Below, one piece after another: positions 23,701 through 35,612 of a DNA stretch of 64,000 bases. The stretch covers positions 4,776,001 through 4,840,000 of the forward strand of contig NC_087246.1 of the NCBI RefSeq assembly GCF_037042905.1, given 5' to 3'. Source of the stretch: Lytechinus pictus. Lineage: Eukaryota. Under the pieces are notes generated by a model. It worked only from the letters and a program-made list of their open reading frames with translations. It ran no database searches and had not been told where the DNA came from. Every line of letters begins with the position of its first letter. Positions within the stretch are counted from its first letter, which is position 1. The translations under genes were made by a program, and so were the position numbers.

Positions 23701-26700
23701 TTAAGTGCATTGTATTTGAACGAATAATGTGAGAAAAATGGTGGCTAACTCAGCATGATGATCGGAGTGATTGACAACACTCTAGCTCCATACCATATTT
23801 TGGACTAGTTAGAAAATAATCGGTTATGCAACCAATGCGATGTCATTCAAGGTAGTTTGACCCCAAACACCATCTGTAACTTTAGACTGACCAGGCTGAA
23901 AATGTCTTTTCGGTCCTTATCAAGTATGCAGGGAGTAGATCAGTTCAGGATCGGATGCGTGGCAACACACCAAACTTCAAAGCATGCATGTACAGAAATT
24001 AATGTAAATGACTTAATTACCTGTTGCAGACAGTTCAGGAGGTTCCGTGGGTGCGACCGAAGAGTAGAAACCTTTAGCGGCAAGGTCTAGAAAAAAATCA
24101 CAAGATCCATTGTTGAATGTGCCTCTTTACGTCATAGTTATTTTCTAAGTATTTTCTAGAAACCGATACACTCTTTTAATCTTGGATAAGGCCTATGGCG
24201 TTGAAAAACAAACATGAATTAATATTAAATGAATCGATAAGTTTGCCTAAATGAACACAACAATTATTTATTTTTTTATATTTATTTTTTTTTCGAAGTT
24301 TTCAGTGGCCAATTGCTTTACGCCGAATTTTTGTCTGGGGGGATACATAGTGCTTGACACGATATACATGTATATGAGTGAGGGAGTGAAGCAACTGAGT
24401 TTATACCGAGGCGTTTTTCGTAATTTGATATAGGAAAAAGGAGTGGCGCCCTCTACCCCTCCCCAGCTGCGAGGAGTGGAGCCTTCTACCCCTCCCTCAG
24501 CTGCGTGCATCCTTCGGTTTTTATGAATTGATGAAATGTGACAGTCTGCAGAGACGAGTTTTAAACTTACAACCTCAACTATTAATTTATTGTTCCTATA
24601 TTACAAATTAAAACGGTCATTAATTTTTAACAAATCCTCACCGTAACATGCATTATCAAAGAACATCCTCATATGGTACCGGCAGTCCGTGTTGTTACTA
24701 TCACAGGAACAACTTGATCCCATGATGGTACCAATTATGGCTACTCTGGCAGAACGACATGCTCCGTAGCTGTAGGTACAACCACTCTCATCATCTGAAG
24801 GCTTACACAATTCAAGGTAGTTCCTATAAGCTGACCTACAGTACCAGGAGGGAATTGAAGCAATCAAATGAAAATCTTTGTTGATTAATTGTCCAAGAGG
24901 TATAAAAGTTATACCCATGGGCCCGTATTCTGAAGTCAGGTTTAACTCAAACTCAGGTATAAAGTTGAGGTTTAAGTATGGAAAGCCAATTGTTACATAA
25001 ATCACTAACAGAAGAGATATAATATTTCAGCTCATTTGGCTCTGAAATCATTCATAATTGTATAGGAAGTATAAATAAATATTATTGTCTTCATCATCAA
25101 TGAATCAGGAAAGAGCACAGCAAACATAAGGAATTTGCAACTTGATAAAAATTATGACACTTTGGCTTCCCATAATTTTAGCACAGAATTAGACCTTGGT
25201 CTAAGTTAAACCTGACTTCAGAAATATGGGCCATGGTGAAGAAGTGGATTAATTTATGGAAAGAAAGGATAATCCAATGTATTCAGATGAATATTCATAT
25301 CTTGAATTATGTAGATTATCGAAAACAGATTGGCAACTGGTTGATTCCATACGAATAAAAAGTATGTCATGTATGTTGGCAATATCTTCCTCAATATGAT
25401 TATCTGATAATTATGATTATATGGATCATAATATGATCTAAGTAAAATTATGATTCTGATTCACCCCTCAACAGTAGAGTTTTACAGACATTTCCAAATT
25501 CTTATCATCTGTGGTGAGAACATTACCGGCAGTAAGAATCCTCGTTGCACTGTTCAACCACGTCAAGGCAATCAAGGTTCTCTATACCAGATCGAGCGCA
25601 GGTAGGATTGGACCCCTTCTGGATGGTCGCACATGGTAAGTCACCTTCCTGGCAATGACAGAACACCAAGCCGTGTGTGTAGATGGGCGAAGTGTCCGTG
25701 AAGAACTTGCGGACTATGCTTCTGCAGGCTGAACGGTCGCAGTACTCTTCGATTTCCTGCGGGTTACACTGTGTGATGAGCTCACTGAAGTCTTGACGGC
25801 ACATTTCATTCCTTGTACACTCAGTCAGTGCCTCTTTGCACGTACTCTCTTTATTTGTGGAAAGATTGAAAGACATCATCGGCAAAACCTTAATCAAATC
25901 CTCTGTGCCACGTAACAAATAACCAACATTCCATGCAAATTCGGCAGCTATTATTTCAAAAAACTAAAACCTGCCCAATTGAACGATAAAAATAATTGCT
26001 CTTTAAGTAAGTATTTATTAAAGAAATCAAATTGGCCTATAAATCAATGTTAGTCTTTCGGCCAACATACTTGATAAATTGGAAAGATTGGTTGAAATTC
26101 TCAATAGTTATTGTCCAGATATTCATGTTATTCGACAAAAATTAAATCACCTGAAATTACTGGGAATACAAAAATAAAATCCATCATGAAGATTTGTATT
26201 TATTCTTTATATGTATTAGGGTGTGAGATGAAAGAACGATCAAATTGGAAAAAAAGGCGGGGAATATGACATATTCTTAAATAACTAAATTCTGAAAGAA
26301 AATGAAATTGATACTTTTACAAAAGATAAAAGTAACTTATCATTCTTTATAATTACCTCCATTATTATAGCCCCCACTTGGTCCAATTACAAGATTAGTT
26401 TCATCTACAGGACATTCGTCATCTGATTGCTCCAACTCCTCCTCTTCTCCACCTTTTACAGTCTCAACTAATTAGAAAAAAAACACGTATAAGAAACAGC
26501 CATGTTACCATTGGGAGTTATATACGTTCTAGCATGCATGACATTTGAGTGTCATTTGAGTGTATGCCCATTAAGTAAAACTTGTAAAATGATGTCTGAT
26601 TTATCAGTTTATTCTTGAGTAACAAACTTGTTTTGTAATTTTAAAGGCAAATTGAATAACAAGTTATACTACATTTTGGCATGGGTCCCAACCAAACAAA

Positions 26701-29700
26701 TTTCCATGTAAAGTTGCTGTTGCATATTATGGCATGTTTTGTTTCATATAATCCAGATCAAAATAGTTTATGAAACTGGTAAAGGGAATGACCACTAGCG
26801 TACCTACGGGGGGGGAGCAGGGGGGGCACTCTGCCCCCCCTGACGAGCCACAACCCATACAAAAGACATATACCTGCCCCCCTGACGAGCTTAAAAGACC
26901 TTTTTTGCCCCCCTGACGAGCTTGAAGACCTTTATTGCCCCCCCCCCTGACGAGCTTGAAGACCTTTTTTTTTTTTTTTTTTTGCTTGTCAAATTTTTTT
27001 CTGGTACGAAAACCTTAATTTTTTTATTGAAGACCTTTTTTTTTTTTTTTTTTTTTGCTTGTCAAATTTTTTGGCGGCCGATTTTGCCCCCCCCCCCTGT
27101 GAAAAATCCTAGGTACGCCACTGGGAATGACACAGGGGATATAGCAAAACTACTAACACTCACCTACAGTAAGTTCATGAGGAGTAGGATCTGTGACATC
27201 TGCAGACATCGGCTCTGAAACTAATATGACCAATATGAATTAAACGGCATAACTATAAGTGACGTACAAAAGTTATGTTCAAGCTTATATGTAATGCCGA
27301 ATTTTTATAGTATTGTCATTTTATCATACTGTAAGATTCATGGTCTTGACAATTTTATTTGCATTTTACGGCATGGGAGTTAGTCTGTATGATACCAGAG
27401 CCCATGATGACCGATTATTAATCATTTTACACACCATGCCGTTGATGATGACGTTGACTGGATGCGCGAAAGTGATTGCCGAAAGACTATACAGGGCAGT
27501 CTGTGTCATCCCAATGTATATTAAAACGATTAACGGAAGTATGGATGTATGATTGCTCATCGGGGAAAACTCCGGGAAAACTTTAAGATTCATATCGTAA
27601 CTTTGGGGATACCTTGCCGAAAGCATTTGAATGGCAATTGGCAGACATGTATGAAGGGAAGCGAGATTAATTCAACCCCCTATAAACTGATATTTTGTAA
27701 ATACATACTAACGCATGGATTCTCCTGAATCCGTTTTCTTTGACGTTTACATTTGGTCTTGTTCTCTTCGCATGTGCAGTACAAGAGTTTGGAATCCAAG
27801 ACGCCGTGTGCTGCCGTACATTCAACACGTCCAGCTTGTGACGAAAGTCTGCATGTGCCGTGTCTGCGAGTGGGACATGCATCGTAGAAGTGCTCTAGGT
27901 TCTGATGGCAAACAGTATCTTCCTTGCATGCCTTGAGAGTCTTGAAGCAGTTGGCTGATGGGGGTAATGTCGCTGATGTTGGTTCAGCTGAATTGGTTGG
28001 TGGAGGGTGGAATGAACCTAGTAAAATAACACAATACAAACTAGAAATATTGTATGAGAAAAACTACAGAAATACGGAACATTTATTTACTTAGCACATC
28101 TCGGCTAGAAGAGGTCTATAGAGTTCTTAAATGCTAATTATCGGTATTCGAGAAAATGTGATTTACATGCGTATATCCCTAGATTAGATTTAAAAAAACT
28201 GCAGTGTATATACAAATTAGACTTATGATAAGTTGTTTGTAGACATAGACATAAAATTGATCAAATCAAGTGATGAATATGCATCTATATTTTCTATCAA
28301 TTATTGTGTAGAGCTACGATTTCTTTTTTATGTCACTATAATAATGTTACTGTGTAATGCCACGGTTACACCACCAGAACCGACTCCAAACCGTCCGATG
28401 GTATATGTCATTGGAAATAACGTAATGGATTTGGTCGGTCTGGTTGGTGTGACTTTGAGATAAGGTATTTCATTTTGGAAATATTCATCAGTTCATATTG
28501 CGATTTTGCAGTACTGACCCCAAAATAACGCCACAAGTGATTTTTTTAAATTAGGACGAGGACGGATTGTACAACATAGAAAATCTATTGCCAAAAACCC
28601 TTCATGACAAAGCAACTTTTGTCGAAAATTGTGAATCAAAACAGCAGTTTCGCCCTGGACTCTGGGCAATATATTTGCAATTTTTCGTCAGATCCGAATC
28701 TTACGACGGACAGCCGTTCCTGGTACACCAACTTTCGACAAACCTGTGTAAGCTGTTCATTGTGATTTGAAGGGAATTTTCAATAGGTTTTTTTCTGTTG
28801 TAGAATCCGTCCCCGTCGCGATTGGGAAAAACTCGCTATTAAGAAATAAGACATTGATAGTCATCAAAGAATTCATGTTACCTGTAGCATTCATACACGG
28901 ATTAGAGTTGATCAGACGTTGATGATAACGACATGCTGCATACTGTGGACTGGTAGGATCACAGAAACAACCTCCAAAGATTCCATGTATTCTGGAATCT
29001 TGTAACATCATCAGACATGTTGGAAGACCCAATGCAGTTGCTTCACATCTTCCACCGTCTGTTGACAAAAAAGATGGGGTGGTGTTATAATGACAATACT
29101 GGCCTATTATGAAGTTCAGCTTAACCAATTACCGTCTAACTCTTCCCTACACATGCTGATATGCTTGATATTAGAAAGTACTTTTTCAGTAACAGAGTCA
29201 TAGATATGTGGAATAGTCTTCCTGACAGTGTTGTTTCAGCCTCTTCAGTCAACTCCTTCAAAATTCGTCTAGATAGGCACTGGTCAAAGAATTATGATTT
29301 GCTCTATAAGCCAGTGTAGGCAGTATTGTCTTTGTTTTCCCACGGTTTTTAGCATACATGTACAAACTTCTGACAGTCCTTTCTCGTGTTAAGTACCGGT
29401 ATATATATTTTGTTTTAATACCATGGATACTGTACTACCACCAGAGGAGATACTACGATCGATGAACATGCACTCAACTCAAGCCTACAGCATCGTGGAC
29501 TTAAAGTAAAGTAAAGTAAGTAAAGATATTAAATTTATATGTTTATATCATAAATTTTCATATGTTTACTAGATTGTTTCTCCTTGCTTCCAGGATGAAG
29601 AAAAGTAATGGAAAAAAGTTCAGTAATCATTCCATGATATAAGAGTCAAATGAGTTGATAAACTGAACACGTACAAATAAAGAGTTGTGCCACAATTGGC

Positions 29701-30400
29701 TATCCTTATTAAACCACAACTTTAAACCTGAGTTTAATTTAAACCCGAGTTCAGAATACGGGCCACTGATATATTCATTTGACAATTATCCAGTTTCATG
29801 TATCCCTTCCCATAATATACGAGTGCCCTATGCGAGTGGGGATCTAGTCACAATATACTTTTGATTATTAAACAAGATTCAAAGGTCGTCATGGTAGTTG
29901 AGTTACCGGTGAAGATTATTATTTTTGAAATGTTGACATTATCAAGTTCAGTATCTTGAATTTTATTTGTTTAATTAAATGCAAAATTGGCATACTACAT
30001 AGTATAATCATTGATATGAGTTAATCTCTCACATTTTGGATGGCAAATTATAATTTTTTTATTACTAGACAATATTTTTTTCCGTAAAGATAAACAACAC
30101 TCACCCACGTTCCCACAGTGTACATTGATAGCCATGAGCCCTAGCTTACAGAATTCATCACTTTGGCATTCCAGACGAGCATCCATACAAGACATTCGCT
30201 CCCCTTCAGCTTTAAAAATCTGACCTAAACATAATGCCACTTCAAAAAGAAAGATGAGTATTATGATTATTGTAGTGAAAACGTTTTATCTACTGATCAC
30301 AACGATAAAGTTAATATAGAAACGGGCCTATTAAAGATGATGATGACGTTATCTATGCTGAATATCATCATTATCACTACCGTCATCATAATCCTTATCA

Positions 30401-30437
<37 letters not shown>

Positions 30438-32567
30438 GGTTGCTAGGACTTATTATTATTCATACCAGCATTACTGTTGTTTTTCACTAAAGCGACTTTG
30501 GAAATTTTTGTTAAAAATGATTGCTGATCATATTTAAAGTATGGTTGCTGATTTGTCTTTATTTCTTGTTTCGCATCGAACTGTCAAATCGGTTGAAATC
30601 TTTTTACTTTTAATCTGACTTACGAATTTACTGAACAATGCATGCTATTTCATTTTAAAAATGTATTAGCTTAATGCCTCTTCACGAATTTGTTTCACAG
30701 TTACTCAAAGAATAATATCACCAATATTCTTAAGGAATTGAGTAAACTAATAGCCATCTTCCTATAAAAAGCGATAAACATACTAAAATAGAACGAAAAA
30801 GAAGCCCGTCTTTGAAATATACAATGACAGAAAACTTAAGTTTAAATCAATTTTATTATATATATAATATGTATAAGCCAAACTCTGATGGCCTGTCATC
30901 AATCTCCATACTGCTCATTCAGAAATTAAAATTTCAACGGCGTTGTAGATAAGATTACCAACAACACACTTATTTATTCCGCTGTGTATAATTTACGACC
31001 TGGAAATATTGAACTTCACGCAAGAGGACATATCGGATAGAGAGTCATTTTTTTTTTCAACGATAGCCGCCTTTGAAAGGAACTTGCATGCAGTATATGA
31101 CAATTGCTTATTAATTATTACTATCCAGTATACAATCATTATATTATGTGTGTGTGTGTGGGTGGGTGTGCGTGTGTGAGAGAGCTAGGTGGGGGGGGGG
31201 ATGACATTGAGTAAGTAGTAAAAGAAAGGGAAACTGAAATCAGAAAAAGAACAAGATAGAGCAAGAGAGGGGGTCGGGGTACTATCAAAAGCGGAAGATT
31301 CGAAAACAGGTTACGTATAAAAGAATAGCTGGTAAAGGAAAATCTCTCTCTCACAAGTCATGTATAAAGTCACTTTGAAACATTACACATATTTTATTAA
31401 GGAATGGCTTCCTCATTTTCCCGAGAGATGCAACCTAATACAGGAATCCCATGGATGAAGAGACTGGCTGTGATATCCCATGATATAATATGACCAGATG
31501 AGTCGTGCATTTGCATAACACTAAGAGAAAAACAAAATAAGAATGGAGCGTTGGCCGAGAACGCCTCCTCGCAGGAACGCAATCTTTAAAAAAAGAGCCC
31601 TCACCCACGCACCCAAACACACACAAATCCCGAACAGACTAAACGTGTTGAATCGCGGAAGGATTTACAAAAAACATTTGCATTCCTCTTGATTACCATC
31701 AAATTTTCAACTACAAAATATGCAGCATTTTAATAAACGTCACAGCGCTTTTAACCATAATAAATGTATTTCTGATTTTTAAGTCCTTATTAAGCCTAGA
31801 TTGCATGGGTATACATAATGATAGCAACAATGACACCGAGTCAGTAGTTGTAAAACTGGTACCTTTACAATAATATGAAACTTAGCATTTGATTATTGAG
31901 GCGAAGAAAACATTTCTCATAATAGTGGCCATACAGGGGTGGGAAGGGGAAAAAGATAGAGAGAGGGAGGGGAGCGCGATATACAGGGAGTGAGATATAA
32001 GGAGAGAAAATGATATCAAGAGTGATATATAGAGAGGGAGAGAAATTGAGAGATAGAAATGGCAGTCACGAGGTCACGAAGTAATATCTCATTCGGAAAG
32101 GAAAACTATACAATAGGTGGTTCATGCACGGCATCACCACTTCACATTATTTACATCGCACAAAAACCGCCATTACCATCAAGTATTTGGCAAACAAGGC
32201 GTCTGAAACTTCTATTCGTTGCTCCTCGGAAAAGAGCTTCTCAGTGAAAGTTACAGTAGGGAAATTCCATAAAATATGTACGTCTGAACCCCTATTTGTG
32301 GGACCTTCATGAAATTTCTGTGTCTGATTTCTTGTTCTTTTGACAGTCTGTAATGATTTTTAAAGGACCATGTCTTGGTCAGGTTATGAAGTGAAGTAAG
32401 ACTTGAGAAAAATGAGGGGCCGGATGTACAAAAAGGTTGATCATTTTATGGAATTGCCCAGTATTCGACCTACCTCAACATTAACATTAAAAAGCTGGTT
32501 CTCCCTTGGATAATATGACAAGTATCATGATGGAATATTTCACGCATAATTTTCACTACTACTAGTT

Positions 32568-32652
<85 letters not shown>

Positions 32653-35030
32653 ACTATTACTACTACTTCTACTACTACTACTATTACTACTACTACTACT
32701 ACTACTACTTTAATTACCAAGTCTACTTCTACTTTTACTTCTACTATCTACGTACGCGCTAGTCTTTATTACGATCGACTATATATATACTTTATAAATT
32801 TTACTACTACTACTTTAATTACTACTTCTATTTGTACTTCTACTATCTACGTACGCGCTAGTCTTTACTACGAGCGACTATATATATATTTTATAAATTT
32901 TATTCTACAACTACTAATATTATCAATATCAGCATGAAGTATCTGAATATTATAGTACACCAGTCTATACCACCATATCCGATAAAGATAAAAATATTCA
33001 AAACGTTAAGCACATACTAAAACATTAGTAAATGATTTATTGTTATATCCTTCTTTTCCTATTTCTAAACAAATTTTACTTATTATCAAACCGTATGTAT
33101 CTTTTTCAGAATCTGGGCTTTCGATCTTTTAATTCCTTTACACTTCCATATCTTATACATATATTATATCTTGTGTTAATCTTCATTTTCAGATATACCT
33201 TATATATTTTTTAATTGCGCTTTCAATTGATACTGTCTCTTTCCTTACCCGTACGTTTTTTCTTAAAGATCAGATATTTAGCACTCTTTTATTGCTACTT
33301 GTTTGCAATTTGAATGTGCATTAAATCATGTTGCCTTGCCCCTTTTAACTATTGATTTGTGGAGTTTGTGCATTTTATACTTATCGTTATAACTTAACTA
33401 TGTTTTATGTCCTCATGTTTTACAGGATTGTATATATGTCTCATTTTTCGTGATTTTTTTATGAACGGACCTATAAAAAACACAAAATAGCTTCTATTGA
33501 ATAGGTATTGCCATGTTGAAATAAATAGGTAGAATGAAATTGAATTGAAATCTAACGAAGATGTGAATGTATTATAGTGCAATATTAAATGTTAGAGCTG
33601 GCTTGTTTTAATTACCTTTTCGTTATTTCTTTCAGACATGATGGTGTAGAGCCCAAATGAATAATGATGACGACGATAAATCATCATAATCAATAATGAT
33701 AATTTTCATTTAATAAAAACATCAACAATAATAATAATGCTAAGGATAATAATGATAATGCTATTAAAATAGTAAAAAAAAATTGATAATTATAATGATA
33801 ATGACTAAATAGAAATAAATGTAATAATAATAGTAATGATGATGATAATAAAATCAGTATTAAATGAAAATAATACTATATAAATCTTAATATTTTAATC
33901 ATTATTACGGTCGTAAATCTTACAAGAAATTGTATATATATATTTTTTTTAATAGAGAATTATTATATCATAAAGATAAGCCTGTAATGTGATGAAAAAA
34001 GAAACTGTACTAAATGCAAGCAGCATCTTTGTTACTATTATTGGTAGTAGCAACAGTAGCGGCAACAGCTGCTGTTGCTACTACTGTTGCTTGTACTTGT
34101 ACTATACCACCATTTCTACTGCTGCAGCAGAAATCGTTGTAGTGGTAGAAATAGTACTACAGTAGTGTCGAAATAGTGATCATGGTAGTAGTATATAATA
34201 GTGAGAGTAGACGTAGGAGAAGTATTGGTGGTGGTGGTGGTAGTAGTAGAAGAAGTATTTAAAGGACAAGTCCACCCCAACAAAAACTTGATTTTAATAA
34301 AAAGAGAAAAATTCAACAAGCATAACACTGAAAATTTCATCAAAATCGGATGTAAAATAAGAAAGTTATGACAGTTATATGCACATCTCGGTCGGTATGC
34401 AAATGAGGGAACTGATGACATCACTCACTCACTATTTCTTTTGTATTTTATTATATGAAATATGAAATATTTTGATTTTCTCGTCATTGTCATGTGAAAT
34501 AAAGTTTCATTCCTCCCTGAACACGTGGAATTCCATTATTTTAACATTTTGTGCTTCAGGCAAGGAGGTCCTAATCATCAAATTCGTAAAAATTGAAATA
34601 TTGTATAATTAAAACAATAAAAAACAAAAGAAATAGTGAGTGAGTGACATCATCGACTCTCTCATTTGGATGTAACTGGCTCGTTCATATAACTATTTTG
34701 TTAAAAATAAGCGAAACTTTGAAATGTCATAACTTTCTTATTTTACATCCGATTTTGATGAAATTTTCAGCATTGTGCTTGTCTGATTTTTCTCTATTGA
34801 TACAAATCAAAATTTTTCTGAGGTGGACTTGACCTTTAAAGAAATGTAGTAGGTGTCTAGTAGAATTAATGGTACAAGGAAGTTTAAGTGTAGTAGTAGT
34901 AGTAGTAGTAGTCTAAGTAGTTTAGGAGAAGTGGTTGTAGTAGACTACCAGTTATATTAATGATAGAAGTTTTAGTAGTAGAAGTAGTAGTATAAGTAGT
35001 AGTAGCAGCAGCAGCAGCGGCAGTAGTAGC

Positions 35031-35077
<47 letters not shown>

Positions 35078-35091
35078 AAGTAGTAGTAGTG

Positions 35092-35170
<79 letters not shown>

Positions 35171-35171
35171 C

Positions 35172-35229
<58 letters not shown>

Positions 35230-35612
35230 CACAGGGGCCGCGGAAGCGGGGGGGGGGGGGGGTTGGGGGGCTTCAGCCCCCTCCACTTTTTTTCCAAAAC
35301 CGTGTACAAAAACGTAAAAATGACCATATGATTGTGATTTTATGCATGGTCAGTCCCCCCCCCCCCCCCACTTTTGGCTCAGCCCCCCACTTTGAAAACC
35401 GTTCCGCGGTCCCTGAGTAGTCAGTGGACAGGGGGAAAACAAGAAGCTGAAAGTTGATTGAAATGAAAAAATAAACATACTTTGCATCATATCTTTTCAA
35501 AAGGCCTTCGTCTCTTTGGATACTGAACGCTCTACAAATGGTTGTCGTACTCAGAAAAATGCATGATATGAAATAACTTACCGATCACGATCTGTGGTGC
35601 CCAGGATGGCAT
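14548..35612 (-). CDS. GPI-anchored GDNF-family-receptor-alpha-like protein with RECK-like C-terminal half (16 coding exons, about 765 aa)
   Basis: Exons 35582-35612, 30105-30239, 28882-29058, 27709-28017, 27164-27214, 26357-26467, 25527-25848 (or -25947), 24642-24835, 24021-24086, 22822-22915, 19368-19500, 17846-17966, 16987-17100, 15858-15985, 15485-15559, 14548-14784. All introns GT-AG, phases chain, total 2298 nt (divisible by 3), no internal stop. Confidence 0.85.
15485..15559 (-). CDS. GFRalpha/RECK-like gene, exon 15
   Basis: VPCQLQLLEHTDNTILISVYYTDNM; ttgcag acceptor, gtatgt donor; phase 0-0. Confidence 0.8.
15858..15985 (-). CDS. GFRalpha/RECK-like gene, exon 14
   Basis: VSPSISIAYDSVSLDHLNSQLDESIGDSSIISDLQTILDHQEP; phase 1-0. 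Confidence 0.8.
16987..17100 (-). CDS. GFRalpha/RECK-like gene, exon 13 (VWC/FnI-like)
   Basis: KNNELFSHPSYGHCICLTGKVLCTSRHG...; ttcttcacag acceptor; phase 1-1. Confidence 0.82.
17222..17510. mobile_element. Two abutting short Harbinger-like MITEs
   Basis: ggggcccgttttatgaa...ttatgaaacggggccc followed by gggcccgcgacacaaa...tttgtgttacgggaccc. Confidence 0.6.
17846..17966 (-). CDS. GFRalpha/RECK-like gene, exon 12 (Cys-rich)
   Basis: VSFDGRCYSLCVCVYNGNMENCVSQPCPEDAHCLVNNIEF; ctttatccacag acceptor, gtaaga donor. Confidence 0.85.
19368..19500 (-). CDS. GFRalpha/RECK-like gene, exon 11
   Basis: FVEKLETVRCNVDSSDYPYTDINVQNCNGIVRNSRKAFYFKSLR; phase 2-0 bridges its neighbours exactly. Confidence 0.7.
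20010..20400. repeat. (CAT)n/(CAC)n microsatellite tract
   Basis: Direct reading. Confidence 0.9.
20631..20745. repeat. Compound (TA)n-(GATA)n-(GA)n microsatellite
   Basis: Direct reading. Confidence 0.9.
22822..22915 (-). CDS. GFRalpha/RECK-like gene, exon 10 (S/T-rich linker)
   Basis: ESGLSHNTSSKSVYESIGCTDETTTLMSESE(R); gtgagg donor, weak acceptor; phase 1-2. Confidence 0.62.
23100..23378 (-). mobile_element. tRNA-derived SINE (same family as 583-856)
   Basis: Minus strand ggaggcgtcgtggtcaagtggtt...gggttcgaatcc head and shared core. Confidence 0.8.
24021..24086 (-). CDS. GFRalpha/RECK-like gene, exon 9
   Basis: DLAAKGFYSSVAPTEPPELSAT; tttttttctag acceptor, gtaatt donor. Confidence 0.78.
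24642..24835 (-). CDS. GFRalpha/RECK-like gene, exon 8 (GDNF/GAS1 domain 4)
   Basis: SAYRNYLELC...GACRSARVAIIGTIMGSSCSCDSNNTDCRYHMRMFFDNACY, GFRalpha D3-like. Confidence 0.9.
24920..25232. mobile_element. Harbinger-like MITE, 3-bp TSD ATG
   Basis: ATG|ggcccgtattctgaagtcaggtttaact ... agttaaacctgacttcagaaatatgggcc|ATG; partial copy at about 29620-29765. Confidence 0.8.
25527..25848 (-). CDS. GFRalpha/RECK-like gene, exon 7 (GDNF/GAS1 domain 3 and start of domain 4)
   Basis: CKEALTECTRNEMCRQ...CDRSACRSIVRKFF...LVFCHC...PTCA...CLDVVEQCNEDSYCR. Acceptor ambiguous (25848 or 25947, both in frame). Confidence 0.9.
26357..26467 (-). CDS. GFRalpha/RECK-like gene, exon 6 (acidic linker)
   Basis: VETVKGGEEEELEQSDDECPVDETNLVIGPSGGYNNG; 111 bp, phase 1-1. 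Confidence 0.72.
26793..27123. mobile_element. hAT MITE, 8-bp TSD GGAATGAC
   Basis: cactagcgtaccta ... taggtacgccactg; TSD at 26785-26792 and 27124-27131; four internal cccctgacgagc repeats. Confidence 0.85.
27164..27214 (-). CDS. GFRalpha/RECK-like gene, exon 5 (short linker)
   Basis: KPMSADVTDPTPHELTV; tttcag acceptor, gtgagt donor; 51 bp. Confidence 0.68.
   Translation of the reverse strand, partial: SRCLQMSQILLLMNLL
27709..28017 (-). CDS. GFRalpha/RECK-like gene, exon 4 (GDNF/GAS1 domain 2)
   Basis: CFKTLKACKEDTVCHQNLEHFYDAC...LLYCTCEE...CKRQRKRIQENPCV. Confidence 0.9.
28882..29058 (-). CDS. GFRalpha/RECK-like gene, exon 3 (domain 1, C-terminal half)
   Basis: DGGRCEA...GCFCDPTSPQYAACRYHQRLINSNPCMNAT; 177 bp, phase 1-1. 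Confidence 0.88.
29167..29524 (+). mobile_element. 5'-truncated CR1/L2-group LINE 3' end
   Basis: Translates RKYFFSNRVIDMWNSLPDSVVSASSVNSFKIRLDRHW, typical of a CR1 ORF2 C-terminus; (AAGTA)n tail; GATATTA on both sides. Confidence 0.85.
30105..30239 (-). CDS. GFRalpha/RECK-like gene, exon 2 (end of signal peptide, domain 1 N-terminal half)
   Basis: VALCLGQIFKAEG-ERMSCMDARLECQSDEFCKLGLMAINVHCGNV; gtgagt donor. Confidence 0.88.
32560..32710. repeat. (TAC)n/(TGC)n microsatellite
   Basis: Direct reading. Confidence 0.9.
34263..34835. mobile_element. TTAA-flanked Kolobok-like palindromic MITE
   Basis: TTAA|aggacaagtccacc ... ggtggacttgacct|TTAA, with long internal inverted arms. Confidence 0.85.
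34890..35229. repeat. Long (GTA)n microsatellite
   Basis: Direct reading. Confidence 0.95.
35232..35415. mobile_element. hAT-like MITE (family also at 53174-53324)
   Basis: caggggccgcggaa ... ttccgcggtccctg TIRs. Confidence 0.8.
35582..35612 (-). CDS. GFRalpha/RECK-like gene, first coding segment (exon 35582-35716 including 5' UTR)
   Basis: gccATG giving MPSWAPQIVI, then gtaagt. In-frame TGA 9 nt upstream. Joins exon 2 to give a signal peptide. The exon has its own acceptor (ttcatttcag), so 5' UTR exons lie further upstream. Confidence 0.75.

Noticed and set aside
34884..35331. Poly-T/Y/V ORFs, and similar ORFs at about 20200-20900 and 41200-42000
   Set aside because: Translations of microsatellites.
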